Shown one piece after another: positions 1-12,500 of a DNA stretch of 64,000 nucleotides; position 1 is the first letter of the stretch; each line of letters starts with the position of its first letter. The stretch is from Macrostomum lignano. Lineage: Eukaryota. A program made the position numbers and the translations under genes. The DNA lies in NCBI GenBank assembly GCA_002269645.1, contig NIVC01000189.1:62001-126000 (forward strand). Direction: 5' to 3'. Below the pieces are notes generated by a model. It was not told where the DNA came from, made no database searches, and worked only from the letters and a program-made list of their open reading frames with translations.

Positions 1-57
1 CTTGTAAAAAAGAATCCAGGTTGCTCACACTGTATATAAAATTATCTGACCCTGTAG

Positions 58-3000
58 ACAACAGATGAGCAGCAGACAGTGCTTGAAGCAACGCAGTTAT
101 TTAGTCGAATTCCGGAGCTTCAGTGGATCCAGGAGGTTCCTCCGGCGGAGCGGACGAGACTGGCAGCGGCTGTGTGCGACAGCCTGCAGAGCTTCAGGAC
201 TGCGGCTTCTGACATCTCGGTAAGGCGGTTTGTTAACACACCATCGAATAAATTAATGTATGGTAAATGAGCTCAAGCAATTCTCATTCAACATTCGACT
301 TGCCTTAAGGCCGAAGATCGAGAAAAGCTTCAGGAAGCAGCGCGAGTGTTGAGATACGTTCCCGAGCTTCAGTGGCTGAGCAGTCTGTCACAGTCTGAGC
401 AGGTTGAGCTGGCTGCTGCTCTGGGCAACAAGATGCAGCAGCTGATCAAGGATCCACAGCTCAGGGCTAAGTATTCGGCAGCAGCTGCAGCACGAGAGGT
501 GAGCTTTTATATTCTAGAGTAATTGCCTCGGCTTAGGGTTTTACGTAAGCGCATGTAAACTTTGTTCATACTTGTATCACGAGAAAACCATTTTTATCAG
601 ACTTCGTTGCTTTAAAGCACTGTAAAAATTACTACTTCAGGCAGAAGAATCTGAGCTTCTTCAGCAAGCTCTTCAGACTATCGGCGAGTCGTCTCAGCTC
701 CAGTGGCTCGACGACCTGAGCCAGTTCGACAAGCAGCTGCTGGCAGAGGCCATGTGCGACTCGCTGCAGCAGCTCAGAGTCAGCCAGCAGCTGGCGGCCG
801 CACATCCGAAGGTGGTGCTTGAGGCGACGCAGCTTCTGAGCAGAGTTCCGGAGCTGCAGTGGATCCAGGAGGTTCCTCAGGCAGATCGAGCGCGACTAGC
901 AGCGACTGTGTGCGACAGCCTGCAGAGCTTCAGGACTGCGGCTTTTGAGACCTGGGTAAATAAGTTAATTGCATGACACAGTATTTAATAAATTGGAGGA
1001 TGAGAAGAAGTAAGAATGAGTACGTTCCGTTTACAGGCTGAAGATCGGGAGAAGCTCCAGAAAGCAACGCGAGTACTGAGTGACGTTCCCGAACTTCAGT
1101 GGCTGAGGAGTCTGTCTCAGTCTGAGCAGGTCGAGCTGACTACTGCTCTGAGCAGCAAGATGCAGCAGCTGATCGAGGATCCACAGCTCAGGGCAAAATA
1201 TTCAGCAGCAGCTGCAGCTCGAGGGGTGAGCTTTCATATTTTTGAGTAAAGGTTCTGGTTGCTGTTTTACGCCGCGTGCAACCTACGCTCGTACAAGGAC
1301 CACAATACAGATCATATATGTGGCATTTTTAATAAAGTAACGGTAGAAATCGAAAAGTGTTTCAATATGGATATTTTAGGCCGAAGAAGCTGAGCTGCTT
1401 CAGCAAGCGCTTCAGATTATCGGCGAGTCGTCTCAGCTGCAGTGGCTCAACGACCTGAGCCAGTCCGACAAGCAGCTGCTGGCTGAAGCCATGTGCGACT
1501 CGCTGCAGCAGCTCAGAGCCAGCCAGCAGCTGGCGGCTGCACATCCGGAGGTGGCGCTCGAGGCGACGCAGCTTCTGAGCACAGTTCCGGAGCTGCAGTG
1601 GATGAGCAGTCTATCTCAGGCTGAGCAGGTCGAGCTGACCGTTGCTCTGAGCCACAAGATAAAACAGCTGATCAAGGATCCACAGCTCAGGGCCAAGTAT
1701 TCGGCAGCAGCTGCAGCACGAGGGGTGAGCTTTTATACTCTTAAGTAACGATTCTTGCAGCATGTAACATGTAACTTACGTTTGTAAAAGAATGACGTGA
1801 TCATATTTTTTGAGGCAGCAAGTTTAGGAAATTCTTCTACTATTAATATTTCAGACCGAAGAATCTGAGCTGCTTCAGCAAGCTCTTCAGACTATCGGCG
1901 AGTCGTCTCAGCTGCAGTGGCTCGACGACCTGAGCCAGTCCGACAAGCAGCTGCTGGCAGAAGCCATGTGCGACTCGCTGCAGCAGCTCAGAGCCAGCCA
2001 GCAGCTGGCGGCCGCACATCCGGAGGTGGTGCTCGAGGCGACGCAGCTTCTGAGCAGAGTTCCGGAGCTGCAGTGGATCCAAGAGGTTCCTCCGGAAGAG
2101 CGATCGAGACTGGCAGCGGCTGTGTGCGACAGCCTGCAGAGCTTCAGGACTGCAGCTTCTGAGATCTTGGTAACTAAGTCGGTTCCATGTAGATTACATA
2201 AAATTGAAAAGAAATAGGTGACGAGAAGAACTATGAATAAATATGTTCCATTTACAGGCTGAAGATCGAGAGAAGCTCCAGGAAGCAGCGCAAGTTCTGT
2301 GCGACATTCCAGAGCTTCAGTGGCTGAGCAGTCTGTCTCAGTCTGAGCAGGTCGAGCTGACTGCTGCTCTGAGCAACAAGATGCAGCAGCTGATCAAGGA
2401 TCCGCAGCTCAGGGCCAAGTATTCGGCAGCAGCTGCGAATCGACATGTAGGGGTTCAAATTCTTTTCTGATGCAGGCTTATCGTAGCATAGAAACAAATG
2501 CCATTTGGGGTGTACGAGTGGGCTGTGTGAAAACCCTTCTAAAATATCCAAAGGCGTTACAGGCCGCCAACACAGAAATGCTTCAGCGAGCGCTTCAGAG
2601 TCTTGGCGAGTCGTCTCAGCTGCAGTGGCTTCATGACCTGAGCCAGTCCGACAAGCAGCTGCTGGCAGAGGCCATGTGCGACTCGCTGCAGCAGCTCAGA
2701 GCCAGCCAGAAGATCGCAGCTGCACACCCAGATGTGGCGTTCGAGGCGACGCAGATTCTGAGCAGAGTTCCGGAGCTGCAGTGGATCCAGGAGGTTCCTT
2801 TGGCAGATCGAGCGAGACTGGCAGCGGTTTCTGAGATCTCGGTAAGGCGGTTTGTTAACACACCATCGAATACATTAGAATGCGGTAAATGAGCTCAAGC
2901 AATGCTCGTTTGTAAATTCGACACGCTTTAAGGCCGAAGATCGGGAGAAGCTCCAGGAAGCATCCAGAGTGTTAAGCGAAGTTCCTGAGCTGCAGTGGCT

Positions 3001-6000
3001 GAAGAGTCTGTCTCAGTCTGAGCAGGTCGATCTGATTGCTGCTTTTAGCAAAAAGATGCAGCAGCTGATCAAGGATCCACAGCTCAGAGCTAAGTATTCG
3101 GCAGCAGCTGCAGCACGAGGGGTGAGCTTTTATATTCTTGAGCAAAGATTCTGGTTACTGGTTTAGGCCGTATGCACTTTCCTACAATCACCACGATCGA
3201 GATCAAAGCAGTTTTATAGAACAACCAAAAAAAATTTCTAACATTACTACTTCAGACCGAAGAATCTGAGCTTCTTCAGCAAGCTCTTCAGACTATCGGC
3301 GAGTCGTCTCAGCTGCAGTGGCTCAACGACCTGAGCCAGTCCGACAAGCAGCTGCTGGCAGAAGCCATGTGCGACTCGCTGCAGCAGCTCAGAGCCAGCC
3401 AGCAGCTGGCGGCTGCACATCCGGAGGTGGTGCTCGAGGCGACGCAGCTTCTGAGCAGAGTTCCGGAGCTGCAGTGGATCCAGGAGGTTCCTCAGGCAGA
3501 GCGGGCGCGACTGGCAGCCGCTGTCTGCGACAGCCTTCAGAGCTTCAGGACTGCGGCTTCTGAGATCTCGGTAACTAAGTCGGTTCCATGTAGATAACAT
3601 AAAATTGAAAAGAAATAGGTGACGAGAAGAACTAAGAATAAATATGGTCCATTTACAGGCTGAAGATCGAGAGAAGCTCCAGGAAGCAGCGCAAGTTCTG
3701 TGCGACATTCCAGAGCTTCTGTGGCTGAGAAGTCTGTCTCAGGCTGAGCAGGTCGAGCTGGCTGCTGCTTTGAGCAACAAAATGCAGCAGCTGATCAAGG
3801 ATCCACAGCTCAGGGCCAAGTATTCGGCAGCAGCTGCAGCTCGAGGGGTGAGCTCTTATATTCTTGAGTAAATGCTTTGTCCGAGAGTTTTACCTAAGTG
3901 TCTGTAAACTTTGTTTATGCATGTATCACACGATAAAACCTTTTTTTTGGATAACGTTTGCTTAAAAAGCACTGATAAAATTCATGTTTCAGGCTGGAGA
4001 CTCTGAGATTCTTCAGCGAGCGCTTCAGAGTCTCGGCGAGTCGTCTCAGCTGCAGTGGCTTAACGACCTGAGCCAGTCCGACAAGCAGCTGCTGGCAGAA
4101 GCCATGTGCGACTCGTTGCAGCAGCTCAGAGCCAGCCAGCAGCTGGCGGCCGCACATCCGGAGGTGGTGCTCGAGGCGACGCAGCTTCTGAGCACAGTTC
4201 CGGAGCTGCAGTGGATCCAGGAGGTTCCTCAGGCAGATCAAGCGACACTGGCAGCGGCTGTGTGCGAAAGCCTGCAGAGCTTCAGGACTGCGGCTTCTGA
4301 GATCTCGGTAAGGCAGTTCTGTTAAAAAGGGATCAAATAGAATAAGTGAATCTAGTTTCAAGAAATATAGTAGCATGCCTAGTCGATATTGAATCAAACA
4401 TTCGATGCTTCTGCAGGCTGAAGATCAGGAAAAACTTCAGGAAGCAGCCAGAGTGTTGGGCGAAGTTCCTGAGCTTCAGTGGCTGAGGAGTCTGTCTCAG
4501 TCTGAGCAGGTCGAGCTGACTGCTGCTCTGAGCAACAAGATGCAGCAGCTGATCAAGGATCCGCAGCTCAGGGCCAAGTATTCGGCAGCAGCTGCAGCAA
4601 GAAGGGTGAGCTTTTTTATCCTTGAGTGAAAGTTCTGGTCGCTATTTTACACTGCATGTAACTTACGCTCGTACAAGGACCACAATACAGATCATACATG
4701 TAGCATTTTTAATAAAGTAACTGTAGAACACGAAAAGTGCTTCAATATGGATATTTTAGGCCGAAGAATCTGAGCTTCTTCAGCAAGCTCTTCAGACTAT
4801 CGGCGAGTCGTCTCAGCTGCAGTGGCTCAACGACCTGAGCCAGTTCGACAAGCAGCTGCTGGCTGAAGCCATGTGCGACTCGCTGCAGCAGCTCAGAGCC
4901 AGCCAGCAGCTGGCGGCCGCACATCCGGAGGTGGTGCTCGAGGCGACGCAGCTTCTGAGCAGAGTTCCGGAACTGCAGTGGATCCAGGAGGTTCCTCAGG
5001 CAGAGCGGGCGCGACTGGCAGCAGCTGTGTGCGACAGCCTGCAGAGCTATGGAAGCGGGAGTGGTTTGGTAGGTTTATGCATGGCGGCAAACAATAGAAA
5101 AGATGAGATTTTAAAAAACTTTTTTGTTATATTTTTTCAGTCGCCTCACTTTGAAACTTTTATCGAAGCTACGGAGCAGCTGAGCAAAGTTCCTGAGCTG
5201 CGTTGGATTCAGGAGGTGCCCCAGGCTGACAGGGCTCGGCTTGCTGCTGCAGTCTGCGACAGTGTGAAGAAATTTCAAACTGGTGACGCAACTCACCAAG
5301 GACTTGAACTTGCGGTTCGTTTGATTTTGTTTTTTACACTGCCTACGTGTCTGCAGATGGATTGAGTGGCTCTATAGCAGTACGCCTGACTCGTGTGTTG
5401 TAAGCTGCTTTACACCCTATCTTAGTGTGCGTGTGTCCAGGAGTTAGCGAAATGGGAATCACTGCAAGGACCACTGACAGGACGTAAAACTCAAGGATCG
5501 TGTAATTTTTTTGGCCAATTTCTTAGAAAAATACACCGTCAGATATAAGAAAAGACATTTTTATTACATAATCAATTATTTAATTGATCTGGGGCAGTAC
5601 AGTGAAGATTACCGTTATTTCATTTTAGCATAATGCACAGCTGTGTAGTGAAAGTTTCATAATTATATTTGGGCTTATGAAATAAAAATAAAACAGTAAA
5701 AACAATTAAAAACATTTAGAAGAATGATCCCCAGATCAAATGCAATAAATGATTTTTCTTTCTCTGCAGTGTATTTTTTCCAGGAAACTAGCCTCCAAAA
5801 ATTACACGGTCTTGGAGCTTTACGTCCTGTTATACTACAGTGGTCCTTGCATGACTGCTGTGGGTGGGTTGTCTTCTTGATTTACGGCATCTGCTATTTA
5901 AGACACCTGAATCTGCTTGTTTTTGACTTTACGGTTTGAATTTCCCAATACTGCAGCCAACCGATATGCAAGTCGTGTTCGACGCCACGCAGCTGCTAAG

Positions 6001-6500
6001 TTCGGTCCCAAAGCTTCACTGGATTCAGGAGTTGCCTCCAGACGAGCGGTCAGGGCTGGCGGCTGCTGTGTACGGCAGCTTGCAGAGCATGAAGACCAGC
6101 GTAAAGTTTGGTACTGGTGAAGATGATGATGCAACGTTGTTCGTAAGTCTACTTGTTAGATGACAATTTGCATCGAATCATGTAAGTGAAGGCAACCAAC
6201 GCGCATACATTACAGACGCGCGACTCACGTACTGTTGTTGAAGCGACCGAACTTTTGAGCAGAGTGCCCGAGCTTCGCTGGATTCAGGAGTTGCCTGAGA
6301 CAGACGGGCGCGCTCTTGTCGCGGCCGCAATCACCCAGCTGCAACGAAGTACAGCAAAACAATCATCTCCTGAACAAAAGTTTTCGCCTACACCAGCAGA
6401 AGCAGAATCTTTGCAGGCAACGTCAAGACCAAACACTCGACTCGTTGTTAACGCGAGAAGTTTCTACATCGATCCGTGCTGGAAGTATCGAACAGTTGGG
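58..6500 (+). CDS. Tandem exon array encoding ~24 copies of a ~55-aa helical repeat (EATQLLSRVPELQWIQEVP / VPELQWLRSLSQSEQVEL)
   Basis: Exons, all phase 0: 58-219, 310-498, 641-955, 1037-1225, 1380-1724, 1855-2169, 2258-2446, 2563-2841, 2933-3121, 3256-3570, 3659-3847, 3993-4307, 4417-4605, 4760-5068, 5141-5314, 5957-6142, 6216-6500. 189-nt and 315-nt exon types alternate, with AT-rich introns between them. Confidence 0.9.
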
Positions 6501-9500
6501 GTAAGTGTCTCAGGTACTTCATGAGTGCATAGATGGCTTGCCGCAAAGTTCAATTTTGGTTTTGGCCGAGTTAACTAGAGGATGCACATCATTGAAGCGC
6601 CCTTGAAATTGGGGTAGTCGTATGTTGGTAATTGGTATCCCTTCGTGTGATAAATCAATGAAACAATGAAGACTTGACCCTAGCCCTAGCCTAATCCCTA
6701 GTACTAGCCCTAGCCAAAACCCTAGCCCAAACCCTAGCCCTAGCCCTAGCCAAAACCATAGCCGTAGCCGTAGCTCTAGCCCAGGTCCTAGCCCTAGCCC
6801 TAACCCTTTAACGCTAACCTTAATTGAAACAAGTGACATTGACAGCGGATATTCAACTTTTTAGACATTAAAACACTCAGCTCAATTCTTTACAGCCTCG
6901 AATTGCGATGGCATCTTCTACTGGAAGACCAGCAGACTCTGCAACAACCGCCGCAGCCGCCGCCCATTCATCAACAGAAGACGAAACTGATGAGTTACAG
7001 TTTTCTGGACAATCCAAAGCCGAAGAAAAGTCATTAGAAGTTGTTCAAAACCGAGACGAAGTTGATCAAGCGACTGCAGTTAAATTCAGCTACAATTCAC
7101 CAAGTACAGAAGCAGAGTTCACAGTCCCGCAACAGACAGATCCGCCAAAGGTATGCTCACTGATGCATCAAATCGTTGAGCATTCAAGACAGTTAATACC
7201 ACAGATACTAAAATAACTAGATGGGCCACTCAGGCACATATACTTAGTAAAGCAGCTTTCTACTTTCAGTTTAGTAGCAAAGAAGAATACATAAGCTATT
7301 TTATAAAAATAAAGGCAGCTTAAATGACTTTGATAAGTTTAGAACCCCAAGCTTACAGGCGTAAACAACTTGCTAATTCGTTCAGCAATAATGTACATTA
7401 GCCAGTCCACTGAAATGTACATGGCCGCTTTAGGCTGGAATTCCGAGAAAGGCAATAAAATTTGGATGGCGGGGCAGGGGGGGGGGTAATTTGGAAAGGC
7501 GCGGTTGGAGGGTTTAAGCTGGGGGGTAAGAGCCAATAAATTGAGCTTTAAAAATACATTAAAATGCTTCTGTTTAACTTACTACTGAACTGAAAGTAGT
7601 TTACACGCAAATGTGCTGACTAGCCCATCTAGTTATTTAACTTATTTTAAATATCTGTGGTGGTTAAGACAGCCAAATTTAATAAAAATTTTAATCAAGA
7701 ATCTATTTCAATCACCTTTATCGTTTCAGTGAAAACAAAAAAACACCCCCTTTGTCATTTTTGCACATTTTCTTCTATTTACTTTTCGGTTTAAGATCCT
7801 GGTGTTGGTTAATTTGTGTCGTTTTTTCAATCGATGTTTTCAGTTTTAGGCAAAATTAATGAACAAAGATTCGCGCTGATTGTAGGACGAGCGAGTAGAA
7901 ATGCAGAACCTGAAAATTCAACTCGAGAAAGAAATCGATGAACTTCGTCGAAGCAAAACCCTGGACGACAATTATCGCAGCAAAGTGGACGAGCTGAACT
8001 CCACGAACGAGCGGCTGCAGATGCAGAATCAGCAAGCTGAGGAGGCGATGGAGCAGATGGCGCAGAATGAGGCTGCTGTTAATGCCGCTGAGAAGGTGAG
8101 GCAGCTTTGACTCAGCTTTTTGAGTTTGTTGCGTTTCGGAGAAATAGATAATGTACTACTTTTTACCTACCACGAAGTACTTCGTTAGATGATTGCAGAT
8201 TAAGTTACATGTTGGATCAGAGAGTGTCACAGGTTAGATAATTACAGATTGTTACCTGTTGGATTAGAGAGTGTCACAGGTTAGATAATTGCAGATTGTT
8301 ACCTGTTGGATCAGAGAGTGTCACAGGTTAGATAATTGCAGATTGTTACCTGTTGGATTAGAGAGTGTCACAGGTTAGATAATTGCAGATTGTTACCTGT
8401 TGGATCAGAGAGTGTCACCGGTTAGATAATTGCAGATTGTTACCTGTTGGATTAGAGAGTGTCACAGGTTAGATAATTGCAGATTGTTACCTGTTGGATC
8501 AGAGAGTGTCACCGGTTAGATAATTGCAGATTGTTACCTGTTGGATCAGAGAGTGTCACAGGTTAGATAATCGCAGATTGTTACCTGTTGGATCAGAGAG
8601 TGTCACCGGTTAGATAATTGCAGATTGTTACCTGTTGGATCAGAGAGTGTCACAGGTTAGATAATTACAGATTGTTACCTGTTGGATCAGAGAGTGTCAC
8701 AGGTTAGATAATTGCAGATTGTTACCTGTTGGTTCAGAGTGTCACAGGTTAGATAATTACAGAGTGTTACCTTTTGGATTAGAGAGTGTCACAGGTTAGA
8801 TAATTACAGATTGTTACCTGTTGGATTAGAGAGTGTCACAGGTTAGATAATTACAGATTGTTACCTGTTGGATTAGAGAGTGTCACAGGTTAGATAATTA
8901 CAGATTGTTACCTGTTGGATTAGAGAGTGTCACAGGTTAGATAATTACAGATTGTTACCTGTTGGATCAGAGAGTGTGACAGGTTAGTTAATTACAGATT
9001 GTTACCTGTTGGATCAGAGAGTGTCACAGGTTAGATAATTGCAGATTGTTACCTGTTGGATCAGAGAGTGTCACAGGTTAGATAATTGCAGATTGTTACC
9101 TGTTGGATTAGAGAGTGTCACAGGTTAGATAATTACAGATTGTTACCTGTTGGATCAGAGAGTGTCACAGGTTAGATAATTACAGATTGTTACCTGTTGG
9201 ATTAGAGAGTGTCACAGGTTAGATAATTACAGATTGTTACCTGTTGGATCAGAGAGTGTCACAGGCTAGATAATTACAGATTGTTACCTGTTGGATCAGA
9301 GAGAGTCACCGGTTAGATAATTACAGATTGTTACCTGTTGGATCAGAGAGTGTCACAGGTTAGATAATTACAGATTGTTACCTGTTGGATCAGAGAGTGT
9401 CACAGGTTAGATAATTACAGATTGTTACCTGTTGGATCAGAGAGAGTCACCGGTTAGATAATTACAGATTGTTACCTGTTGGATTAGAGAGAGTCACAGG

Positions 9501-12500
9501 TTAGATAATTACAGATTGTTACCTGTTGGATCAGAGAGTGTCACAGGTTAGATAATTACAGATTGTTACCTGTTGGATCAGAGAGTGTCACAGGTTAGAT
9601 AATTACAGATTGTTACCTGTTGATCAGAGAGTGTCACAGGTTAGATAATTACAGATTGTTACCTGTTGGATCAGAGAGTGTCACAGGTTAGATAATTACA
9701 GATTGTTACCTGTTGGATCAGAGAGTGTCACAGGTTAGATAATTACAGATTGTTACCTTTTGGATCAGAGAGTGTCACAGGTTAGATAATTGCAGATTGT
9801 TACCTGTTGGATCAGAGAGTGTCACAGGTTAGATAATTACAGATTGTTACCTGTTGGATCAGAGAGTGTCACAGGTTAGATAATTACAGATTGTTACTTG
9901 TTGGATCAGAGAGTGTCACAGGTTAGATAATTACAGATTGTTACCTGTTGGATCAGAGAGTGTCACAGGTTAGATAATTACAGATTGTTACCTGTTGGAT
10001 TAGAGAGTGTCACAGGTTAGATAATTACAGATTGTTACTTGTTGGATCAGAGAGTGTCACAGGTTAGATAATTACAGATTGTTACCCGTTGGATTAGAGA
10101 GTGTCACAGGTTAGATAATTACAGATTGTTACCTGTTGGATTAGAGAGTGTCACAGGTTAGATAATTACAGATTGTTACTTGTTGAATCAGAGAGTGTCA
10201 CAGGTTAGATAATTACAGATTGTTACCTGTTGGATCAGAGAGTGTCACAGGTTAGATAATTACAGATTGTTACTTGTTGAATCAGAGAGTGTCACAGGTT
10301 AGATAATTACAGATTGTTACCTGTTGGATTAGAGAGTGTCACAGGTTAGATAATTACAGATTGTTACTTGTTGGATCAGAGAGTGTCACAGGTTAGATAA
10401 TTACAGATTGTTACCTGTTGGATCAGAGAGTGTCACAGGTTAGATAATTACAGATTGTTACCTGTTGGATCAGAGAGTGTCACAGGTTAGATAATTACAG
10501 ATTGTTACCTGTTGGATTAGAGAGTGTCACAGGTTAGATAATTACAGATTGTTACCTGTTGGATCAGAGAGTGTCACAGGTTAGATAATTGCAGATTGTT
10601 ACCTGTTGGATCAGAGAGTGTCACAGGTTAGATAATTGCAGATTGTTACCTGTTGGATTAGAGAGTGTCACAGGTTAGATAATTACAGATTGTTACCTGT
10701 TGGATCAGAGAGTGTCACAGGTTAGATAATTACAGATTGTTACCTGCTGGATCAGAGAGTGTCACAGGTTAGATAATTACAGATTGTTACCTGTTGGATC
10801 AGAGAGAGTCACAGGTTAGATAATTACAGATTGTTACCTGTTGGTTCAGAGAGTGTCACAGGTTAGATAATTGCAGATTGTTACCTGTTGGATCAGAGAG
10901 TGTCACCGGTTAGATAATTACAGATTGTTACCTGTTGGATCAGAGAGTGTCACAGGTTAGATAATTGCAGATTGTTACCTGTTGGATCAGAGAGTGTCAC
11001 AGGTTAGATAATTGCAGATTGTTACCTGTTGGATCAGAGAGTGTCACAGGTTAGATAATTACAGATTGTTACCTGTTGGATCAGAGAGTGTCACAGGTTA
11101 GATAATTACAGATTGTTACCTGTTGGATCAGAGAGTGTCACAGGTTAGATAATTGCAGATTGTTACCTGTTGGTTCAGAGTGTCACAGGTTAGATAATTA
11201 CAGATGTTACCTTTGGATTAGAGAGTGTCACAGGTTAGATAATTACAGATTGTTACCTGTTGGATTAGAGAGTGTCACAGGTTAGATAATTACAGATTGT
11301 TACCTGTTGGATTAGAGAGTGTCACAGGTTAGATAATTACAGATTGTTACCTGTTGGATCAGAGAGTGTCACAGTTTAGATAATTGCAGATTGTTACCTG
11401 TTGGATCAGAGAGTGTCACAGGTTAGATAATTACAGATTGTTACCTGTTGGATCAGAGAGTGTCACAGGTTAGATAATTACAGATTGTTACCTGTTGGAT
11501 CAGAGAGTGTCACAGGTTAGATAATTGCAGATTGTTACCTGTTGGATCAGAGAGTGTCACAGGTTAGATAATTACAGATTGTTACCTGTTGGATCAGAGA
11601 GTGTCACAGGTTAGATAATTACAGATTGTTACCTGTTGGATCAGAGAGAGTCACAGGTTAGATAATTACAGATTGTTACCTGTTGGATCAGAGAGAGTCA
11701 CAGGTTAGATAATTACAGATTGTTACCTGTTGGATTAGAGAGTGTCACAGGTTAGATAATTACAGATTGTTACCTGTTGGATCAGAGAGTGTCACCGGTT
11801 AAATAATATTGTTACTGTTGGATTAGAGAGAGTGACTTGTTAAATCCTGGTAGATAATCACAGGTTAGATAATTGCAGATTGTTACCTGTTGGATTAGAG
11901 AGAGTCACAGGTTAGATAATTACAGATTGTTACCTTTTGGATTAGAGAGTCTCAGGTTAGATAATTACAGATTGTTACCTGTTGGATCAGAGAGTGTCAC
12001 AGGTTAGATAATTACAGATTGTTACCTGTTGGATCAGAGAGTGTCACAGGTTAGATAATTACAGATTGTTACCTGTTGGATTAGAGAGTGTCACAGGTTA
12101 GATAATTACAGATTGTTACCTGTTGGATCAGAGAGTGTCACAGGTTAGTTAATTACAGATTGTTACCTGCTGGATCAGAGAGTGTCACAGGTTAGATAAT
12201 TACAGATTGTTACCTGTTGGATCAGAGAGAGTCACAGGTTAGATAATTACAGATTGTTACCTGTTGGATTAGAGAGTGTCACAGGTTAGATAATTGCAGA
12301 TTGTTACCTGTTGGATCAGAGAGTGTCACCGGTTAGATAATTACAGATTGTTACCTGTTGGATCAGAGAGTGTCACAGGTTAGATAATTGCAGATTGTTA
12401 CCTGTTGGATCAGAGAGTGTCACCGGTTAGATAATTACAGATTGTTACCTGTTGGATTAGAGAGTGTCACAGGTTAGATAATTGCAGATTGTTACCTGTT

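Noticed and set aside
1362-5299. Minus-strand and alternate-frame ORFs over the repeat exons (e.g. MCGRQLLAGSELLQRV...)
   Set aside because: Shadow ORFs of CAG/CTG-rich coding exons; splice signals and frame conservation support only the + strand reading.
6677-6815. Interstitial telomere or chromosome fusion scar
   Set aside because: Short, mostly CCCTAG variants, inside an intron; more simply a hexamer microsatellite.
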